Of a stretch of DNA of 64,000 nucleotides, positions 13,601-26,832 are shown piece by piece; the first letter of the stretch is position 1; each line of letters starts with the position of its first letter. The position numbers were made by a program, and so were the translations under genes. Origin of the DNA: Lytechinus pictus (Eukaryota); assembly GCF_037042905.1 (NCBI RefSeq), contig NC_087252.1, forward strand, positions 3,350,001 through 3,414,000, written 5' to 3'. Below the pieces are notes generated by a model, which saw only the letters and a program-made list of their open reading frames with translations, was not told the DNA's origin and made no database searches.

Positions 13601-14463
13601 ACTGGTTTGATAAAGGAATTAAGTCGATTGGGGATTGTCTTAATATAAATGGATGTTTCCGGTCTTTTGAAGAAATGCAGCTAATTTTTAATTTACATAT
13701 AAATCAATTTATGCGTTATTACGCTATTATTGATTCTATAAAGTCGACCTGGTCAAAAATGCTTACCCAACGCAACCCCACATTTTCTTCTGAAGACAGG
13801 AAACTTTCTTTATTTTTATCACAAAAGAAACCAACAAAATTTTGTTACTCTATATTTGTAAATAATGTATGTTTAAATTTGGAAAATACCAACCACTTAG
13901 ATAAATGGGAAAGTGACATAAATCTAAGTTTAAAAACACTAATTCAGTGGCAAGACCGTTTTAAAATATTATATAGGGCGACCTTGGATACCAAGATACG
14001 TTCATTCCAATTTAAGTTTATTCATAGACGTATAGCAACCAATTATTTTTTATTTCGCATTGGGGTAAAAAGTTCACCTACATGTAATTTTTGTAAATAC
14101 GAAACTCAAGATCTTATGCACCTGTTTTTTTTTTGTTGTCCAGTTGTTGAATTATTTTGGAATGAAGTGTACAAATGGTTAGTTAATTTAAACATTCTTA
14201 CTTTGCCTTTTTCAGATTTGGATATTTGTTTTGGAGTCAAAATGAAAAATAGTCTTATTAATACAATTATATTTTATGCAAAATTCTTTATTTATAAACA
14301 AAAATACAATGAGAAAATGTTAGTCTTTAAACACTTTGAAAATGAAATTATCTTTTTAGAAAAAGTAGAGCGAGCAATCGCAGTTAAACAAGGCAAACTT
14401 TTAGTTCACTTTGATAAATGGAATTCATTAAACAAGTATCAAGATGTTCTTGCTGAATTGTAA
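10695..14463 (+). mobile_element. Tx1/L1-clade non-LTR retrotransposon ORF2 (APE + RT + C-terminal zinc finger), full length with two 1-bp frameshifts; poly(A)-like tail to ~14600
   Basis: APE motifs: SLNVRGL, LQETH, NIYGPN, GGDMN, SRIDY, SDH. RT motifs: PGTDG, WRPISLLNTDYK, DFEKAFD, RGVRQGCPLSP, QYADD, YLG. Zinc finger: CNFC..HLFFFC. AATAAA at ~14540 followed by an A-rich tail. Confidence 0.95.
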
Positions 14464-15090
14464 CACTTTTTTTTTACTTATGTATATGATTTATTATATT
14501 GCTGCTATTATTTATGTATATTGTAACTTGATTTTGAAGCAATAAAATGTATAATAATAAAAAAAAAAAAAATAAGTAAATAAATAATTAAATAAATAAA
14601 TGAATAACTAGCATATTACTTTTCTGTCCTTTTATCACATTATCACCGTATATACATAGGGTATGCATACGTGTTGCAAATACTTGTGATATGCTAATAT
14701 ATATTTTAAAGACATGAACAATGTTTTTGATAATTTCCTCACTGACGGTACTCCAGAATACAGAGTGTCGTGCCGAGTGGGGGCGTTTGAAATCCAAACA
14801 GAGCGCTCATATTGAGTACATCTATTTCTGATTGAAATCTTTAACAACTGCGAATGTATAGGGAGAGAGTAAATATAAAAAATATATGCTTATGATCTGC
14901 TCCGATTCCCGGGAAATCATAAATGTTCGATTATTCAAAGTATCATAATATTGATGATAGGTCTGTATCGTAATCAGATGAAACCTTTAAATCTCGTTGT
15001 CGGGGATACCTCCTTTAGTATAAGAACGAAATAGGAGAACACTATATTGGAATAAGGAGACACTAGAAGCTATTCACCAAAGGTGGCGAA

Positions 15091-15487
15091 CGGGGGGGGG
15101 GGTGGGCTACTCGACTTATAACATGATACCTATGTGCCACATCAAAGTCCAAAATAGGGGGCTCTCTAAAACTAAATGTTGGCCTTGCAAATGGCCCGGA
15201 ACGGCTCTTGAATCAAGAATGGCTAAAAAATGCATTGCTTTGGAACTGACCTCATAAAAAATGACTCCTTGTCGATCGAGCTAGTCGTCCCGACCAGCTG
15301 AGTAGTTCGTGATGGGCGCGCATTGGATCGAGAAACCACAAATTTAAGGGTTTCTGGAACGGGAAAAACTAGGAATATCTATGGATTTTTAAATTGGTGA
15401 TGCTCTAGAATGGAAATTTAGGCTGAAAATGGGGTTCTCGACCGCGGCACATACGAATCATACATTTATGCTAAGTAGCTCCCTCCC
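15091..15487. mobile_element. Degenerate MITE
   Basis: gggctactcgacttataacatgatacctatgtgccac versus right-end reverse complement gagctacttagcataaatgtatgattcgtatgtgccgc. Confidence 0.45.
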
Positions 15488-18400
15488 AGAGGGGGTGGTG
15501 CTATGATAATTTGATAAAGGTGGGGGCAGGGTTTAAAGTGACATTAACGTGATATTATTTTTATTACAGAGCTATTGTAGATTTTTTTTTTATATATATT
15601 TTTCTCCACTGCCCATTTTTTTTCTACTTAAAAAACAAAGGCCCCGCATCCTGTAGCGCTCCAAATGGTGGTTGCTGAATCTGAATGATATATCCGCCAC
15701 ATAATAGTGTTCTGCACCTTTTTTTGTAAATGTATACTAAACATAAAAACAGATGGTGCATTTTTCCCGATTTTGTGAAACCTTATGCGACAAACGAACA
15801 AAAAAAACCAAAATAATTCTACAAAACAGTGCATTTTCCACTGTTTCGAAAGAGATATCTTAAGCTTTGCCATGTTTGCAGTTTCTTAGAAACACTGAAC
15901 CGCATCGCTATTTAAAAAAAAGGAAGTCACTTCTATTCCAGATTTAAGATAAAACTAGAAAGTCTATTTTATGACTTGTGGTTCCATTTAGTTTTCTTTT
16001 CGTTGTATATACATAGTATTATCCGTGTATATGAACATGGTGATTTATCAGACTGATAATTGCCTCTTTTGTTTATTCCACAAAGACCCACTTAGCAGCA
16101 TCACCATGTATACAGTCTTAGAATTTTAAATGGTTTACCACACTGCATAAGAGCATGTTATTCAGCCTTGTAAAACTGAAAGTGTCATCGGTCGTTTGCA
16201 ATTTTGACAACTCTTGAGGTCTACATGAAAATGAAGAGACACACACACACCCTCAACCACACCTCACACACACGACCCATGCACACCCACACATAGCCAT
16301 ACCGACATAAATCATTCTCTCTATCCCCCTTTGTCATTTATTATCTCACCATTCACCTACCGTATGTCTGTATTAATTTTGCGTTGGCATAGTTGGCGAA
16401 AGTACGTGCGATTATAAATGTTACGCTACAATCGGGAAATTTAATAAAGTCTGCTCATCAATAATTTTCCACATCGATGTAATATTGATAATCTGCTTTG
16501 CCCTAAGTATTGAGATTAAAACTTGTTTGGAATTATAAAGACATTCTCTTTTCTGTTTATTCGATTTTTTTTCTCCTCATGACACATTCCACTTGGGTTA
16601 GATTTACCCTTTTAAAGATTCCAATACAACCTACGAAAAGATCTGTTGGGGATTTCCATCAACCTGCTTGGATCAATTTTGTCCTTTTTTTATCTGCCTA
16701 AACTACAATGGGACAGACTTGTATAGCATCCATGCTATTTTCTGGTTCTTATTATACTTGCTTTTATATGTATTCATAACTGATCGGCTGTAAACTTGTT
16801 AATTGTCATTATCATTGCATTGGATAATAAATTCATTCATTCATTCATTCATGTTATATGTTTATTTTTTGTAGGGACGATACGATAGGTGTTTTTGTAA
16901 TCACGAATGGAGATACGTGTACATCCATTTTTGTAAATGAAATGCTAGCAATATAGCATTCACCTCGTTAATTGTTAAACTTTTTCATATAAATCAAATT
17001 TAAAAATGATCCTAGGTGTTAACAATAAATGGGGAAGTCACATATCATTCCTGAAACATATGAGAAAACTGCATGTAAATGAAATCAAGCAAACTCGATA
17101 GACCTGACGTAGATATAGAAAAAAGCATTCTTAGACTGGCGTTACTGGTATCCTTTTTTAACGAAGTATGGTCTATTCCTGACATATCTTTGGGAACCTT
17201 TTAAATTACTTTGGGTAAGGAAATGGTTAAAACATCCAACCAAACAACTACAAAACCTTCAAGTACCTCAAGGGTTTGGAGAGTTTCTCTTTTTAACCAT
17301 TGATTGATTACTTTCAAACATCATCTATTTCCAGAAAGTGAAACCAGTCAACACTTACGAGGAGTTGTAAAGGAGTTCACTAAGAATTTCCTTAACTAAA
17401 GTGTAATCCTTTTAAATTTTCAAGGTGAGAATGATCACGATGACACTTATTTTGTATATCAGTGTCACATTTTTTTTCTCGGGAAAATGAATCCCTAAAA
17501 ATTAATGTACATCTTAAAGTTTGAGTAGAATTTCCAAGCCCCCAATATTTTCCGGGAGGGGAGGGGGTATTAGAATATATGCTAAGTGACATTAGCAGTC
17601 TTAATTAGGTGCTATGCACCCTGTTATAACATGAGAACACTCAGATTCATTACCTGAAATCAAGTTTGTGAAATCTTTGTGAAGTGATGTGTTGAAGTTT
17701 CTTCGAAAAATGAAAAAAAGTGTTCGACATGTAAAATGAACTGATATTGCTGATTCCCTAAATAAGAATGAAAAGCAACAACAAATAACAACAGCAATAA
17801 CAAAAAAGAGCCAACACAAAGGCAGAATGAAAATATAACTTCATACACGGAAATACGAACATCTTTTATTACACTTTGTTTGCAACATACGTCAGCATTA
17901 CATGTATAACTATGTATCATTAACCATGATGATAACTGCATACTTATGTTTTTAAACGTGGAGTGGTATCAGTTTTGTTTATTTTGTGAGTCTTGCACTT
18001 GTACTGACGATTAAATATATTAAAAAAAATAATGTTATACCTTGATATTACAATAAGTGCATTTATCGTGAATTTTGCTGGTTTTTAAGCCTTTGTTTTT
18101 CAAGTGGCTGTCTATGATCATGATGATGCCGACGCCTATTATTTCCACAAACAGTGTGTACTATAATTAAGTATAGATTTTCATGACTTAAATAGAAGTA
18201 ATCTTACAGAGTTAAGTCGGCATAGTTGGAATGAACAATTTTATAAAAAATTGATTACGTACAATCTACGCAACTTTGGCCAAGTTATATTACATAATCA
18301 GTTTGCTACTTAGTTTGACTTTTACAAGAGTAATTTGCATATAGCTTCATCATAACCATGGTTTATATCAACAAAATCTGTTATAAATTACCAAACCACA

Positions 18401-19235
18401 ATTTATATGCTTAGTTGTGCAACTCCACGATTAGTTAAACGCCCGTTCATAATAGTTTTATATTTTGGTCGCCATGGTCTTTCGAAGTATTCGATCTTCA
18501 TCAAATATGCTATACTATTTTATTTAACATAATCGAAAAGAACAGTGGAGGGTAGTCCGGTTCAGATAAAAACAACCGTTTGACAACGGAGCCCTCCACG
18601 AATAACAAAAAAACATAAACGTGAAAAAAAAAAGAGCAGAACAAATAAATTGTAAATTAATCCCACAACCCCCCTCTTAATCCAACAAACCAAAGACATT
18701 ATTCAAAAACCAGTTATCACAAGTAATTCATTGTTTAAATTATTACCGTGATTATGTTTGGTAGGGCTGAATATAACTTAAACTGCTAATCTTATGATTA
18801 AAGGTCTACATTTTAACACTAAACTCTGTGGCATGGTCAGCCTGAACCATTGATTACTGATGAGTTATATTCCAACCCAGTACATATTAGTATACATACA
18901 GGAAGATTAGTATTTATGTTACTGTGAGGAAAAAATACTATATCAATTTATCATTATAACATTTAATTCCAAATGATTTTTTTTTTAAGTTTCACTCTAC
19001 ACGAATACTTTCACTTGTAGTTTGATATATTCAATAATTTATTAGTAAGCTGTTTGAACTACTCAATAACCTTGAATATATCAGCATAAAGCTGTTTATT
19101 TTATCATTAGTGTCTTGTATGGAAACCGAGATGAATATCATTTACACTTTTTTCATACGAACTAGTTCATTGCATCTGAGGTACATCATGAACAACATTT
19201 GAAGTTCTTCTCGCGTAAGATCATGTTATTAAAGG

Positions 19236-19236
<1 letters not shown>

Positions 19237-19309
<73 letters not shown>

Positions 19310-19411
19310 AATGGTAGCTACGCCTACCATTGTTCTCTTCATCCATTTCTTTCACACAATATTTAAATATAAAAGAGTTGCCAAAGCTGTAGTACATGTA
19401 TAACTTCACAC

Positions 19412-19472
<61 letters not shown>

Positions 19473-19499
19473 CACACACACAAATATATATATATATAT
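19237..19499. repeat. (TA)n microsatellites
   Basis: Long TA runs at ~19237-19307 and ~19416-19499. Confidence 0.95.
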
Positions 19500-19545
19500 T
19501 TCACCATAGACAGACTATGGTAAACAAAAAATAAATCAACCTGTC

Positions 19546-20160
19546 AGAGGCGTCGATCCTGGGGGGCAGTGGGGGTGATCGCCCACCAATGAAAATATTG
19601 GGGGGGGCAAGCATATCGTCCCCCCCCCCCCCATGATTACACATGTGCAAAAATTATATAAGATTGTAATGTTACACAGAAATACGAAAGCAAGATTGAG
19701 ATACAGAACTCGTTCTTTATTTAATATCCTGCTCAAAATGTCCGCTTTTCAGATTGGAATATAAAAAATTTCAGCTCCCGCCTCGCGCTCGCATCATTTC
19801 TGTAGCAAAAAACATACTTTTCATGATTAATTCTGTGAATAAATGTCCCATTTTCAATTGGATTTGTTGGATTGGATATATATCTTGTTCTTTTTTTTAA
19901 ACGTCAATTAAACTGTCATTTTTTTCAGATCGAAATATCAAAATATTCAGCTCGCGCTTCGCACTCGCATCCCTTGTTGTTTTATATAACCATCTTAATC
20001 ATTGGTACCAAAATGCTTAGAATATCAAGCTTTCAGGCCAGAACATATATAAATTTATTCAGCACTCGCATTATCTGTGAAGTGAGATACGTATCCTCCC
20101 CATGAGTTATTACAAACAGTCCTAAACAGGTAGCTTTTTTCGGTTTTCAGGTCAGTATAT
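19546..20160. mobile_element. Truncated non-autonomous DNA element with ctcgcgcttcgcgctcgca internal motifs
   Basis: Starts cagaggcgtcgatcctggggg and shares internal motifs with the elements at 23784, 38744 and 40361. Confidence 0.55.
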
Positions 20161-20399
20161 ATCAATATTAATTTGCCCCTGCAACCTGTCCACCATAAAT
20201 CACGGACCCCGTTGAAAAAAAAAGTTACCTCGGTAAATCAAACCAAAGTCTAAAATATATTTGGAAAGTTGCCGAACAAATGCATCTTATAGTTAAGGTC
20301 TTGCATTTCATTGTAAAATAGATTTAGATTTTGAGTAATTTGGAGATTGACAAATTATTAGTTCATGTGCGAATTCTTGGGCGCATTTTATTATTTTTT

Positions 20400-20581
20400 T
20401 TAACATACAAGTACACCTAGCTATCAATAATGCGTATTTCAATTTATTTGAATGCAGGATGAAATAGCATTGTAGATTCAATACCTTGCTCACATGCATA
20501 GGTGCCGCGGCCGGGGATTGAACCCCGGACTTTTAATGTATAGTTAGGCGCCCTAAACCACTCGGCTACGGCACCTCCACA
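20400..20581 (-). mobile_element. tRNA-derived SINE (family A, same as 42595-42788)
   Basis: Reverse complement gtggaggtgccgtagccgagtgg...ggttcaatcccc has Pol III A and B boxes, followed by a body shared with the 42595 copy. Confidence 0.85.
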
Positions 20582-21189
20582 TCGCTCATCGATCATAGTG
20601 AAATATAATTTTCTGTATGCCAATGGATTTCTTGACCAGTATTTATCTTTACATTTTAAGAGATATAAAAAAAAATTGAAAAATAAACACAAATATCATG
20701 TCTACCTTTTATGTCATCACATTGTTAGAACATCTTCAAATGGATAGAATGAATAAAAAAATAATAATAAAAATCAAATTGTGTTTTCTCTTTTGAGACG
20801 AGAGTAAGAAGATAAAAAAATATGAGTTACGTGGTATTCTTGTCCAAGGAAGACAAGTTTGATAGTTTCATATTTTTTTTCAATTCACTTTCAATGTTTC
20901 ATTCTTATTGATGCATACCGTTCGTCATCAAATGAACACAGAATATACCGATCAACAGAAACGCTAACGATTTTTGTCCTTTTTTATCTGAAGTGGGTGT
21001 GCATTTTTAAAGTGGAATGTCCCAAAACAATGCCATTTTGCTGCATTTTGGGAAATTTTTACTGCCTTCTCTAGATATTACATGAATTTCACTTAGATCA
21101 TGGCAACTGCAGCATTACAAAACATTTAGAAGTGAATTTCTAGGTATGCAGTATAATGTAACTTTTCAATCCGATCATGTGGAAATAAA

Positions 21190-21492
21190 TCATAAATATG
21201 TGGTGATCACCGAATCAAGACTTTCTGACGCAAATCCTCTTCGGGGAAATGTTGCAGGACATGATATCCACTTTTCTTGAACAATGGCATCTGAAGTTGA
21301 ACCCCATTTCAGTGATGAGGCGAATGCTGACGATGTCGGATGCAGAGAGGAGGAGTTACCAGGTTCACTGGCTTGATGATTGGATGGAATTATTGGTTTC
21401 ATCTCCATGTATTTGTGAGCATCATTGAAGAGTTGCTTAGCAACCACATCAATTGTGGAAACATTGGAATCTCCATCCACATCAGTTTCGTG
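21190..21492 (-). CDS. Orphan TM cassette, terminal cytoplasmic exon (YMEM motif, C-terminal TTYL)
   Basis: Acceptor cccaactgtag|CAC, phase 0. Open to a stop: HETDVDGDSN...AHKYMEMKP...SVITTYL*. Confidence 0.65.
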   Translation of the reverse strand, partial: HETDVDGDSNVSTIDVVAKQLFNDAHKYMEMKPIIPSNHQASEPGNSSSLHPTSSAFASSLKWGSTSDAIVQEKWISCPATFPRRGFASESLDSVITTYL

Positions 21493-21927
21493 CTACAGTT
21501 GGGAACAATTTATTAGATAAGAAAATTTACTGAGCAACACCTTTAAAAAGCTTTTACACATGACCTGGAATTCAGGATATAAATTATTTTATACCACAAC
21601 CAATATGCTCTTCCGATTAATAAAAAAATCAAGTTGTTATCATGGCTGTAGATAATTAATATGGGCATCTGCTGGCCCACTTATCTCAAATAGTTTTTAT
21701 TTATATCAACTTAATAACTATTAAAGGTGCACCATGTATATAAAATGTGATAAGGTAATACGATTTTGAATGGGGTCTATAGTATAGTACCTACATACCC
21801 TTACACTTTATAATTCACCGTAGAAAATTGGGCATAAGGATGATCAGCATATTTCTTTGTTTATCAACAATGCTTTTGTTTTCGTAAACAATGTCTCATG
21901 TGATGATATAGATATTTTTTCATTTAC

Positions 21928-22010
21928 CATTGTAAAATTTGCGTGAGGAGGTTCGTGGTTCGAGTCGTTCTGATGTATGGCGGTCATTGAAAGTCCATCT
22001 ACGTTCCTTG
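21928..22010 (-). CDS. Orphan TM cassette, juxtamembrane exon
   Basis: ctttatttag|CA...ATG|gtaaat, 83 nt, phase 1->0. Links the two flanking exons in frame (ARNVDGLSM...ANFTM). Confidence 0.65.
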
Positions 22011-22638
22011 CTAAATAAAGTGAAAGTGACAAAAAATCTTAGAAAATGAGGAGAGGTCACAGAAAAGAAAAACAGACACATTCGGAGTAAACTATATGTA
22101 CATTCTTTGATGACTGATTACTAAGTAATTACTTATTGCACACGGAGTATTCTTGAACGTGTTTTATGAACAAGACAAGTTTTGTTTCCTTCTGATCTGC
22201 CATTGCGATTTTTGTTAAAAGGCGCACTGAGGCTAGGTTCGAGTTGCCTTTCTTAAAATTTGATACAAGTCCAAACTGGCTCGTTTTTGGTCAGATTTAA
22301 CTCCCCCCCCCCCCCCCTCACAAAAAAACGAAAATGTCTTGAATATATATCCTTTCATCAGCTACATCAGCTAAATTAAATAAATGCAGCTGTAAACAAA
22401 ATTTCAATCACCACGATCATATTAAAAAGGGCTATTACAAAGTACCCCCTTTGGTCCTAGAAAACAAGCCTATTTTAGATATTTTCTTACGTATCGGATT
22501 TACGTCAATTCTATGCTCGTGCGTTATTTACTTTTTGGACGAGTTTCGATAATTCGATATCATGATTGATTGCCGAAACTTTAGGTATGGAAAGGATGTT
22601 ATTTTTTACTACCTTATTAGATTTTAAAAAGCACTCAC

Positions 22639-22761
22639 CTTTATTTGTGTCACGTTGTAACCACATACATACAGCCGATACTAAAATTAGAATCAGCACA
22701 GTTAGTGAACTTCCCACGATGTATAGAACTTTATGAAGCTTCGAAGGGAGAGCATTGCTGT
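22639..22761 (-). CDS. Orphan TM cassette, transmembrane exon
   Basis: gactatatag|AC...AAAG|gtgagt, 123 nt, phase 1-1. Encodes SNALPSKLHK-VLYIVGSSLTVLILILVSAVCMWL-QRDTNK. Confidence 0.7.
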
Positions 22762-22868
22762 CTATATAGTCAAATATAAAATTACACAATATTTCTTCTT
22801 ACAATTTACATTACCCAAACTGCAAGCGAACCAAGCCATACATACATATATATATATATACATACATT

Positions 22869-22899
<31 letters not shown>

Positions 22900-23446
22900 G
22901 TCTCGCTATGTTTATTTTTTTTTACAATCTAGATGATTTTCTGTACAAGGCAATGACAAAACATTAGTCAATGATCGATGCAAAATTTGGGGGTTATTTG
23001 TATGGAATGGTTTTATTTTGATTGCTGCATGCTTTATTCAAATGTATATATATACGAATTTGAACCTTCCTCCTATCTCATTGTGAATGAGATCAGTCCG
23101 ATATTAGAAATTTTCTCGACTGCCACCATTTTTGAAAGGGTATGGAGCATCGAAACAGGTAAAAGTTTTTGGAAACTTGGTGCGAATTCCACAGGCATAT
23201 TTAGATCTCCCAGGCTTCTTATTGTAACTTTTCTCTTCCTCTCTCTCTTGCACCATGAGCCTACCTCTCCTAACTTAATTAACAAATTGCCTCTCTCTGA
23301 GTCATTCAATTTTTCTATTCACTTTCTCGCAATTTTACCCAAATCTCATGTTTTCCTTATTCATCTATTAATTCTTCACAGTCCTCTCCCCATTTCTTCA
23401 TGAACAAATGTACATGATATCAACAACGATTATGATGATAATGATC

Positions 23447-23486
<40 letters not shown>

Positions 23487-23604
23487 TAATATAATGATAA
23501 TAATAACAAGTAATAATAATAATGATAATAAAATGATATCAATAAAAATAATAAAAACAAAAGTATCAATGAATGGAGAGTTTGTTAGTAACACCATGTA
23601 GGTT

Positions 23605-23660
23605 AGTCATGAAAAGACGTTTCGATCACATAAGCTTTGATCTTCGTCAGAAGTGAAGAC
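23605..23660 (-). ncRNA. Minimal hammerhead-ribozyme-like motif (Penelope-type), probably degenerate
   Basis: Reverse complement CTGACGA-AGATCA-AAGCTTATG-TGATC-GAAA-CGTC gives the CUGANGA core, a paired stem II and GAAAC-GUC. Stem I pairing is poor. Confidence 0.45.
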
Positions 23661-23783
23661 TTGAGTGTGTGTGTGTGTGTGTTTGTATTTGAGTTTTGTC
23701 AGGCGTGCAGCAACTATATACATATGGGACCGAGCTTTAACGTCACCATCCGAAAGACGTCATAATGATAATAATAACCACTA

Positions 23784-26700
23784 CATAGGCGGATCCACGG
23801 AGTTGAGGGGCCCTGGCCCCCTATTGGTGGATCAAAAAAAGAAAAAAAAAAGAAAAAAAAAAAGGATGAAAAGAGAGGAGAAAAAGAAGAGGAGGAAGAC
23901 GATGAGAGGAAAACTTTGAAAAACAAATATTTTTGGTCACTTTATAAGGGCTTCGCTCGCGCTTCGCATTAGCATTGCCTGATTTACACATCTTGTTCAA
24001 TATGGAGCTTAAATATCAAGTTTGGAAATCAATATACAAAATATATTTCACCTTGGAAATCGAACTTTAATTATATGGTGTAAGTTACAAATTTATTTTA
24101 AAAAAGTGCTCTGCAAGAGTGTAAATTTATGGTCTGAATATTAACATATTCCGCTCGCGCTGAGCGCTCGCAAACTTTATTTATCAAGTACCTATTATTT
24201 TCGTGCATTCCATAAAGTTTTCAAAATAGCATTTTTCAGGTCTCATTTTCAAAACGTGTCAGCTAGCACTCCACGCTCGCATTTTGATTGGCGAGTTATG
24301 TAAGTCTCAGTATTGATTATCCAACAAACTACTTGAAATCTCCTTTTCATGACACTTGTTATATATAAGAAGAATTGTAAAAGCAATTACATTTATCTAT
24401 TTATTTATTTTCTCTTTAAGGATATCCATATCCTAGAATGATAACGACAATTCCAGCACGTGTTTGTAAAAGCTATCGTTATGCAGGCCTTTCGCCTATT
24501 TAAAGGCCAAGGATTTTTATTTTTTGAATAGGGTGAGGCAGACAATAGAGCTCCCAGTAGTAGTGAAAAGAACAATAGACTTAGCTATGTTGTTGACATG
24601 TTGATTTCAATGAGGTCATTCAAATATGTTTTAGAATTTAGACTGATCTAGAAATGGGCAGAATGTTCTTTTTATAGTGAATACTAGAAGTTTCTAGAAT
24701 AATGAATAATTTGTATACAAGGAAGGATTTCATCACATCAGATCATCATACCAGATCCTAACTCAGAGTTTCACGCCAGACTTTATGTCAGAGCAGAGTT
24801 TAATTCCACCTGGAATATTTATCTTCTGTGGAATTATTTGCACACCATCAATGAACTGTTTGCAGTTATTTTGAGAGAGGAATTATCAGTTCTCATCGAG
24901 ATCATCAACCTGTTTAAATGAACGCTTTTCAACCCATGGATTGCTAAAATTGACTTTTAATCATCATCAACAACGTCTTCATGGATATTCCAACTCATTA
25001 CAGTGACTCTGGTTAATCATCGTGCTTCAACATCAGTTTCATCATCGCCATCATTGTGAACTTTGATTTACGGAATCTTCGCCAACCAACTTGGATTATT
25101 ACTTGAATATACATGTAGTACCATCACTTTCGATCGCACATCTGTCACTTCAAGAGATGTACACGTAAGAACAATATTTATTTATGTTTGTTACTTTATA
25201 ATTGTTAATGATTTCCTGTAATAAAAGAAAAGGAAATAAAAATAAAAAAATAAATATTTATTGTTATTTGTTGCAGTATCGTAACACACTTTATCAAAAA
25301 TTTTGGCTCTCGATTTGCGTTCGCATTAGTGTTTAAAAATATATTAACTGATGCATCATATTGATAATTACAAAAGTGCTTGAAATTTCCAGTTTTCAGG
25401 CCATAATAATATCATCAGATTCCGCGCCTCATTATGCATTAATAAATAAGACATCAATATAATAATTAAATTGTCCGTTTAGTTTCATCTTGCGCTTAGC
25501 AAGCGAAATAGAAAGATAGACATCATTTTCACATGATGACATGTCTTAAGTATGTCCAGGTCCTATGTCAAAGCTCAAGGTAACAATAATGAAAAATATC
25601 AGCTCTTTACTAACTGCGAACCATCCACCTCGCAATTCTACCACAAAGTGCTCGAAATATAGAGCTGAAATTGACCCTGTTTCAAATCGGAATATCAGAT
25701 ATTTTAAGCTTGCGCTCGCTTTGATTTCCATGATAAAATATGTATTTAGACTGCCTAGATTCTAGGTCTAAATCTGTAACACGCGCGTGCGTTGTTATTC
25801 AGATACGCAACTTGTTCTTTATTCAAATCATTATCCAGTTTCAGATTACAATTCAAAAAAATTCTGCTCGCGCTTTCTGCTCGCATTATCAATCTAGGTA
25901 GATCCCCTTTTACTCATCCTTTTCATGATTTACAAAACATGAATAGAGTATCCCGCTTTTAGATCTAAATCTATAATTTTCCGCTCGCGCTTTGCGCTAG
26001 CATCAATTGTTTAGTTACATAGCTATCCTGTTCACGATTACAAAAATTGATTACAATTTTCATTCTTTATGTAGAAATGTCAAAAAATTCAACTCGCACT
26101 TTGAGCTCGCATTATTGGATTGTTGAAGCAGTCCTTAACAGGTACATTTTTGATCAGTTAAAAACGTATATAAAACATTTCTGCTCGTGTTTTGCACTCG
26201 CATTATTAATGTAAGGAAGATCCACAATTAAAAACATGAATGGAGTGTCGTTCAGCAGGTCTAAATCTCGAGATTTTCCGCTCATTCGTTGCGTTCGCAT
26301 CAATTGCTTAGTTATAGTTTCTTTAAGTTACAAAAAGTGCTTAGAATTTCTATTCTTAAGGTAAACATGTAGAAAAAAAAATTAAGCTCGCACCTTGCGC
26401 TTGCATTATTTGAGTGTTGAGATCTGTAAAGTCTTTATGGCTCACTGCAAGCGGTCTTGAACAGGTAGGCCTACCTTTCCGATCAGTTAAAAACATGTAT
26501 CAAATATTTCTGCTCGCACTTCGCGATCGTAGAAATTATTTTGTTGCATACATTGCCTAAATAACCAACATTGCCCTGAGTGTTCAAATTGTAGGAGAAA
26601 ATACATAAAATTTCAACAACAACAAAAGAATGCTCGCGCTTCGCGCTCGCACTATATAAATAAGGATTACGATATTATGTTGATTTATAAGAATAAAGCT

Positions 26701-26832
26701 AAGGAGTGGCTATTAGGACTAACCCCTCAAAGAAGCGAACAAAAATCAACTTCGAGCGACCGATCGGTAAAAATATAGCTGAAAAAATCCAGGTCCCCCC
26801 CCCCCCATTGGTGATGGCTGGATCAGCCCCTG
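23784..26832. mobile_element. ~2.1-kb non-autonomous DNA element (CA..GCGGATCC termini) carrying a nested solo LTR
   Basis: Left cataggcggatcc and right-end reverse complement caggggctgatcc. Many gctcgcgcttcgcgctcgca internal motifs. Flanked by cacta on both sides. Confidence 0.7.
24357..25286 (+). mobile_element. Solo LTR (Gypsy-like) with 4-bp TSD CACT
   Basis: TGTTA...TAACA ends, with cact at 24353-24356 and 25287-25290. A diverged homologous copy lies at 48173-49041. Confidence 0.85.

Noticed and set aside
22978..23403. 141-aa ORF as the missing ectodomain of the orphan cassette
   Set aside because: Wrong strand and no Ig motifs. The minus-strand frame (23073-23309) also lacks them and looks more like a decayed LINE 3' end.
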